The position numbers were made by a program, and so were the translations under genes. A stretch of 64,000 nt of DNA from Chiloscyllium plagiosum (Eukaryota): assembly GCF_004010195.1 (NCBI RefSeq), contig NC_057728.1:11097263-11161262 (forward strand), in the 5' to 3' direction. Below the pieces are notes generated by a model that had not been told where the DNA came from, did not search any database, and saw nothing but the letters and a program-made list of their open reading frames with translations. Numbering within the stretch: the first letter of the stretch is position 1; each line of letters opens with the position of its first letter. Shown here in pieces: positions 60,043-64,000 of the stretch.

Positions 60043-63031
60043 TGCTTCCAATTAAACCTGTTGGTCTATAACCTGGTGGTGTGTGATTTTTAACATGATA
60101 AGCCAAGGCCTTTTTCCTATGTTGGGGGAGTCCAAAACTAGAGGGCAGAGGTTTATGGTGAGAGGGGAAATTGAGAGGGCAACATTTTCATGCAGAGGGT
60201 GGTGCGTGTATGGAATGAGTTACCAGAGCATATGGTGCAGGCTGGCGCAATTACAGCATTTAAAAGGCATCTGGGTGGGTTGATGAATAGGAAGGGTGCA
60301 GAGGATATGGGCCAGGTACTGGCGAATGGAACTAAGTCAGATTGGGATGTCTGGTCACTGCGGACTAATTGGATGAAGGGTCTGTTTCCATGTTGTATGA
60401 CTTGACAAATACTTCTGACAAGAACAGTGACCTTGATATTCACTGTAGTGTCGGTTCAGAGCAGGAGGAATTCTGGTCAAAAGTGAGTGATCCCTCACAA
60501 TACTGAGTTTTTAAGTAGGAGGTATGCTTGAATTTATTTCCCATTCAGCTGCTAATTTGGCTGCCAATGACTGACAAGGCGACTGAGTAGCAGGGGTAGG
60601 AGCAGGATACAGAATGCTCTGGAGGAGGTTGTCCAACATAATTACAGGGCCCAGTGATTGCAAGAAAATCAGGAAATCTGATGGATCATGTGGGGAAGTT
60701 CATGACGGGATGCTGTATTTAGGGATGATTTTGTGGCAAGATTATAAGGAATCAATTTACAGGTTTAGATTTTGTACACTCTATACTCTCTACTCCACAT
60801 GCAGTGCTGTAAAGGCATCTACTCTATGGTCTTCCTCCCTTCCTCCCTTCCTACTGAATTTCCTAGCATTCAGTTGAAAAAACACAAAACCGTGCTGTAA
60901 TAGGGACATATAGCTTCTTTCTACAATTTCAACAACTGTCTGATATCTAAAGAGCTAATCAGTCCACGTGTACCTTATCCAACCTCCATTACAATTGCAT
61001 GTGGATGGCTTTCAAGGTGGCTGGGTTTGAAATTAATTCCAAGCCAAATCAAGCCCACCCATTACTGAGAGCTAACATTGTCCCCGTTTGGTTTGACTTG
61101 TGCTCCTAGCCATCTCTATTGTTTCCTCCAGGCTTGCAACCTGCTGAGAATTCTACATCCCTCCAGTTCTGGCCTTTGTTCATCTCTGGTTCATTTCATT
61201 TCTCCACTGACAGTTGTGTCTTTAACTACCTCGGCTCTAATCTCTGCAATTTCTAACTCGGTCCTCCTGGCTTCTCCATTGCAATTAGCACTGAGCCATT
61301 TGAAGCAGTACTGACACATTCCAATGACATTGAGGACATTTCACCTGATGATGTCCACTTATTGCCTCAGGTACTCTACTCTCTAGTCTCCTATGACATT
61401 GGCAATGAAATGCAAATCTGGAGCATAAGATAAAGGAGATCTGCAAGTAACTTTTTTTTAAAAGACATAAATGTAGCAGCTATTCAATGGTATCTCGTTA
61501 GTAGATGCAGGATACAAGAATGCTTGGGTCAATCATTAATAATGAAAATTACTGACCCATGAAATCTACACTAATGAACATGTCTCAATGTCAGCAGCTG
61601 TTGATCACATTGTACAATCTTGCAACTCTGAGGTTCTGGAAAAGAAATAAAATCCAGCGCTCACATGAATCCATCCATCCACTTATCCAACTACACACCT
61701 CAGAGAGAAGTTACTGTGGGATGGTCGTCTTGCTTGCTCATTGGATAACGAGTGGGAACCCCGCTCTATTATCGCGAGGAGATCTGACATAATCATTAGG
61801 AATCAGGAACTTATCTGGATAGCATCAGAAGTCCCGTTTCATTCAGCCCTGAGTACGGCAGAGATCCCATCCCCAAGACGTTCCCACCAATTAGAGGTCA
61901 GCAATTCTCCAGTTTCAACAGCAGAACCAAGAGTGGTGCCCATTGCCAGAGCTACACTGTAGGAGAGATCCCTAGATAGAGAGGCAAGTGTGGGAAGCAG
62001 TGGGATTAGGAGGAGGATGACTTTAAGGGTCTCAATTGGACTCCGCAAAGGCAGGGTGCTCTCCAACCTTCCTGCCTGTGATTTTCTAGGAATGGAGTCA
62101 AGAGGTTGGTTGGGTCCCCAGCCCATACCCTTCCTACTAAATCAAATGGTTCCCTCCTCATCTCCTGGGGAATTACAATTGGCCTCAGCAGGCACTGGGC
62201 TGGGGAAAGGAAAGGAAGAGGCTTCGGGAAGGAGGACTCAGCAAGGAGCTCTGCTCCAGATTGCAAAGCATGACCTTTATTGGAAAATGCATTTACATAG
62301 CTGCCAGAGGACAGGTAGGGACCTGGCTGCAATACCATCTAAAATTACTGCTTTTAATACCGAAGGCATGTTTTTCAAATTGGTTTATTAAATAATATTG
62401 AGGCATTAGGGATAGGTTCTCAGGCAAACAGTAAAGGATAGAGATTGGCATCTCTGGGAGAGCAAGGAAATTGGGTTGGGAAGGAGGAAGAAAAAGTTGA
62501 ATGAAACAAAATGAATAAAGATGCAGTGGATAGTTTGCAGGCATTATGGTTCTATTACAATTCCATTATAATTCTATTAACACAGGAGGTGGCACTGTGG
62601 TTATCAAAACTATCCCTCAAAGACTGACTGAAACATTAGAGCAATAGTTGAATCAAACTTAACCTTGCCATATCTGTGCTCACATTAATTCATTTCCTTA
62701 GCATTTCTTTTTGTGAACAACTGTACATACACAACTCTTGACCATAAGAAATAGTTCTAGAATTCTTGCACGTGCTCAGCAGCATAAAATGTTCCCATCA
62801 TATCGAATATTAGTGTATGCCGAAATGCCACTCTACAGGGAGAAAAATTCATTCATGGAGTGTCACCTCTCACAATGCTGCACAGACTTCCATGAATCCC
62901 CTGGGTTCAGACAGCACTGTTGTCCCATACCTGTGTGGCCCTCATATAATTTCTCCCCTCTTGGTTTTATATAGTCGCCTGCATAACAACATTTACATGT
63001 TTACTAAGCAAAAAGTTATAAAATAACTCAC

Positions 63032-63173
63032 CATGTACGGGCAAACTTGCGACCCAGCACCGAACATTAGTTCGCATTGTTTGTTCACATCATAGATTTG
63101 ACCGGGTAACTGGGCTGGAAGGTCATAGCTCCTTGTTACTGGCTCATCAAGCAGGCATTCTCCATATCCAGTG
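63032..63173 (-). CDS. ADAMTS20: ADAMTS20 exon: end of metalloprotease / start of disintegrin-like domain
   Basis: tttctag|C ACT GGA...ATG|gtgagt; [47 protein letters not shown]; 142 nt. Confidence 0.93.
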
Positions 63174-63314
63174 CTAGAAACATACAGGGCAAGTCTGTCA
63201 GCTTTTAAAGTCAAATATCATGACCATTTGTCGGGTCTATAGGTGGGAGGGGAGTGCAGGGGGGTAAAATAATTAAAAGAGCGCACAAGGCATTCATAGC
63301 ATTTGTTGCGAATG

Positions 63315-63665
63315 CAGAATCCTTTCGACATACACATCTGTCAACGAAAGGCCGCCAGCATTCTCAAAGATTCATCCCACCCTGGCAATGTTTTTCTACA
63401 ACCTCTACCATCGGGGAGAAGGTACAGAAGCCTGAACACATGCACCAGCCGGTTTCGTAACAATTTCTATCCTACTGTTGTTAGAACACTGAAAGGACTC
63501 ACAAACTCTTAACATTCGCCTGTACCTGTGTTTTTGCCACTGTTTACTTATTATGTATTTATCTATGCTACTTAACTGTGTGATCTGCCTGTATTGCTCG
63601 CAAGACAAGGCTTTTCACTGTGCCTCAGTACACGTGACAATAAATTCAATTCAATTCAATTCAAT
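63315..63665 (+). mobile_element. Rex1/Babar LINE 3' end
   Basis: CQRKAASILKDSSHPGNVFLQPLPSGRRYRSLNTCTSRFRNNFYPTVVRTL; AATAAA followed by an (ATTCA)n tail. Confidence 0.85.
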
Positions 63666-64000
63666 TCTCTTGGAATTCTGGACGACAGAAATGCCAATAA
63701 CAAGTAGTAACATCATAAATCATGTGCTGGCCAGATTGAGTCTAATGTAAAATACTAATTACTAGCTGGTCCATGTTAAACCTGCAGGCCAAATATCAGA
63801 AAGAGATGCTTGTCTGCATTTCATACCAGCACAATCTGCTGGTCAAGCTGTTGCAATCATTAAAATTCCAATTCTGAGGGTCTTCATTTATAAACAATGA
63901 CAAAATCAAATAGGATTCTTGCCTTTTCATCATATCAACTATTGTTAAATATTCCTTTTTGGGGATATGGATGAGGCCAGCCCTCGAGGGGACTGTGGTG

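Larger units (their letters stand above)
59687..60095. mobile_element. Long palindromic PLE-end element (family B) inserted in CR1
   Basis: 12-bp TSD tgataagccaag (59675-59686, 60096-60107); arms of about 180 bp, 59723-59900 / 59916-60094. Confidence 0.93.
57660..60402 (+). mobile_element. Long degenerate CR1 (HER1-like) ORF2 with nested PLE-end insertions
   Basis: [53 protein letters not shown]; 3' tail at about 60375-60402. Confidence 0.92.
573..63173 (-). other. ADAMTS20: ADAMTS20 gene, internal portion (13 coding exons; gene extends beyond both window ends)
   Basis: 13 exons with canonical AG/GT ends and matching phases splice into one open frame of 630 codons + 1 nt. Domain order is metalloprotease end, disintegrin, TSR1, Cys-rich, spacer, TSRs. 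TSR sequences ([57 protein letters not shown]) match ADAMTS20 better than ADAMTS9 as I recall them. Confidence 0.88.

Overview
Eukaryotic DNA from a cartilaginous fish. The basis is HE1-type tRNA SINEs, HER1/CR1 LINEs and Deu-type SINEs; a bamboo or carpet shark is my inference. The window lies inside one minus-strand gene, an ADAMTS20 (ADAMTS9/20 clade) metalloprotease. Thirteen GT-AG coding exons between 63173 and 573 join in frame (1891 nt). They encode the end of the catalytic domain, the disintegrin-like domain, TSR1, the Cys-rich and spacer domains and four further TSRs; both gene ends lie outside the window. The introns hold CR1, L2, Tx1 and Rex1 LINE fragments, SINEs, a solo LTR, a MITE and three Penelope-like elements (PLEs). 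The main signal is a dense set of short PLE-derived insertions carrying minimal hammerhead-ribozyme (HHR) cores. Many are long head-to-head palindromes with 11-15 bp target-site duplications (TSDs). One (38793-40558) encloses about 1.5 kb of unrelated, older genomic DNA between perfect 87-bp inverted arms. Repeat family names come from recall, not database searches, and repeat boundaries are approximate unless a TSD is quoted.
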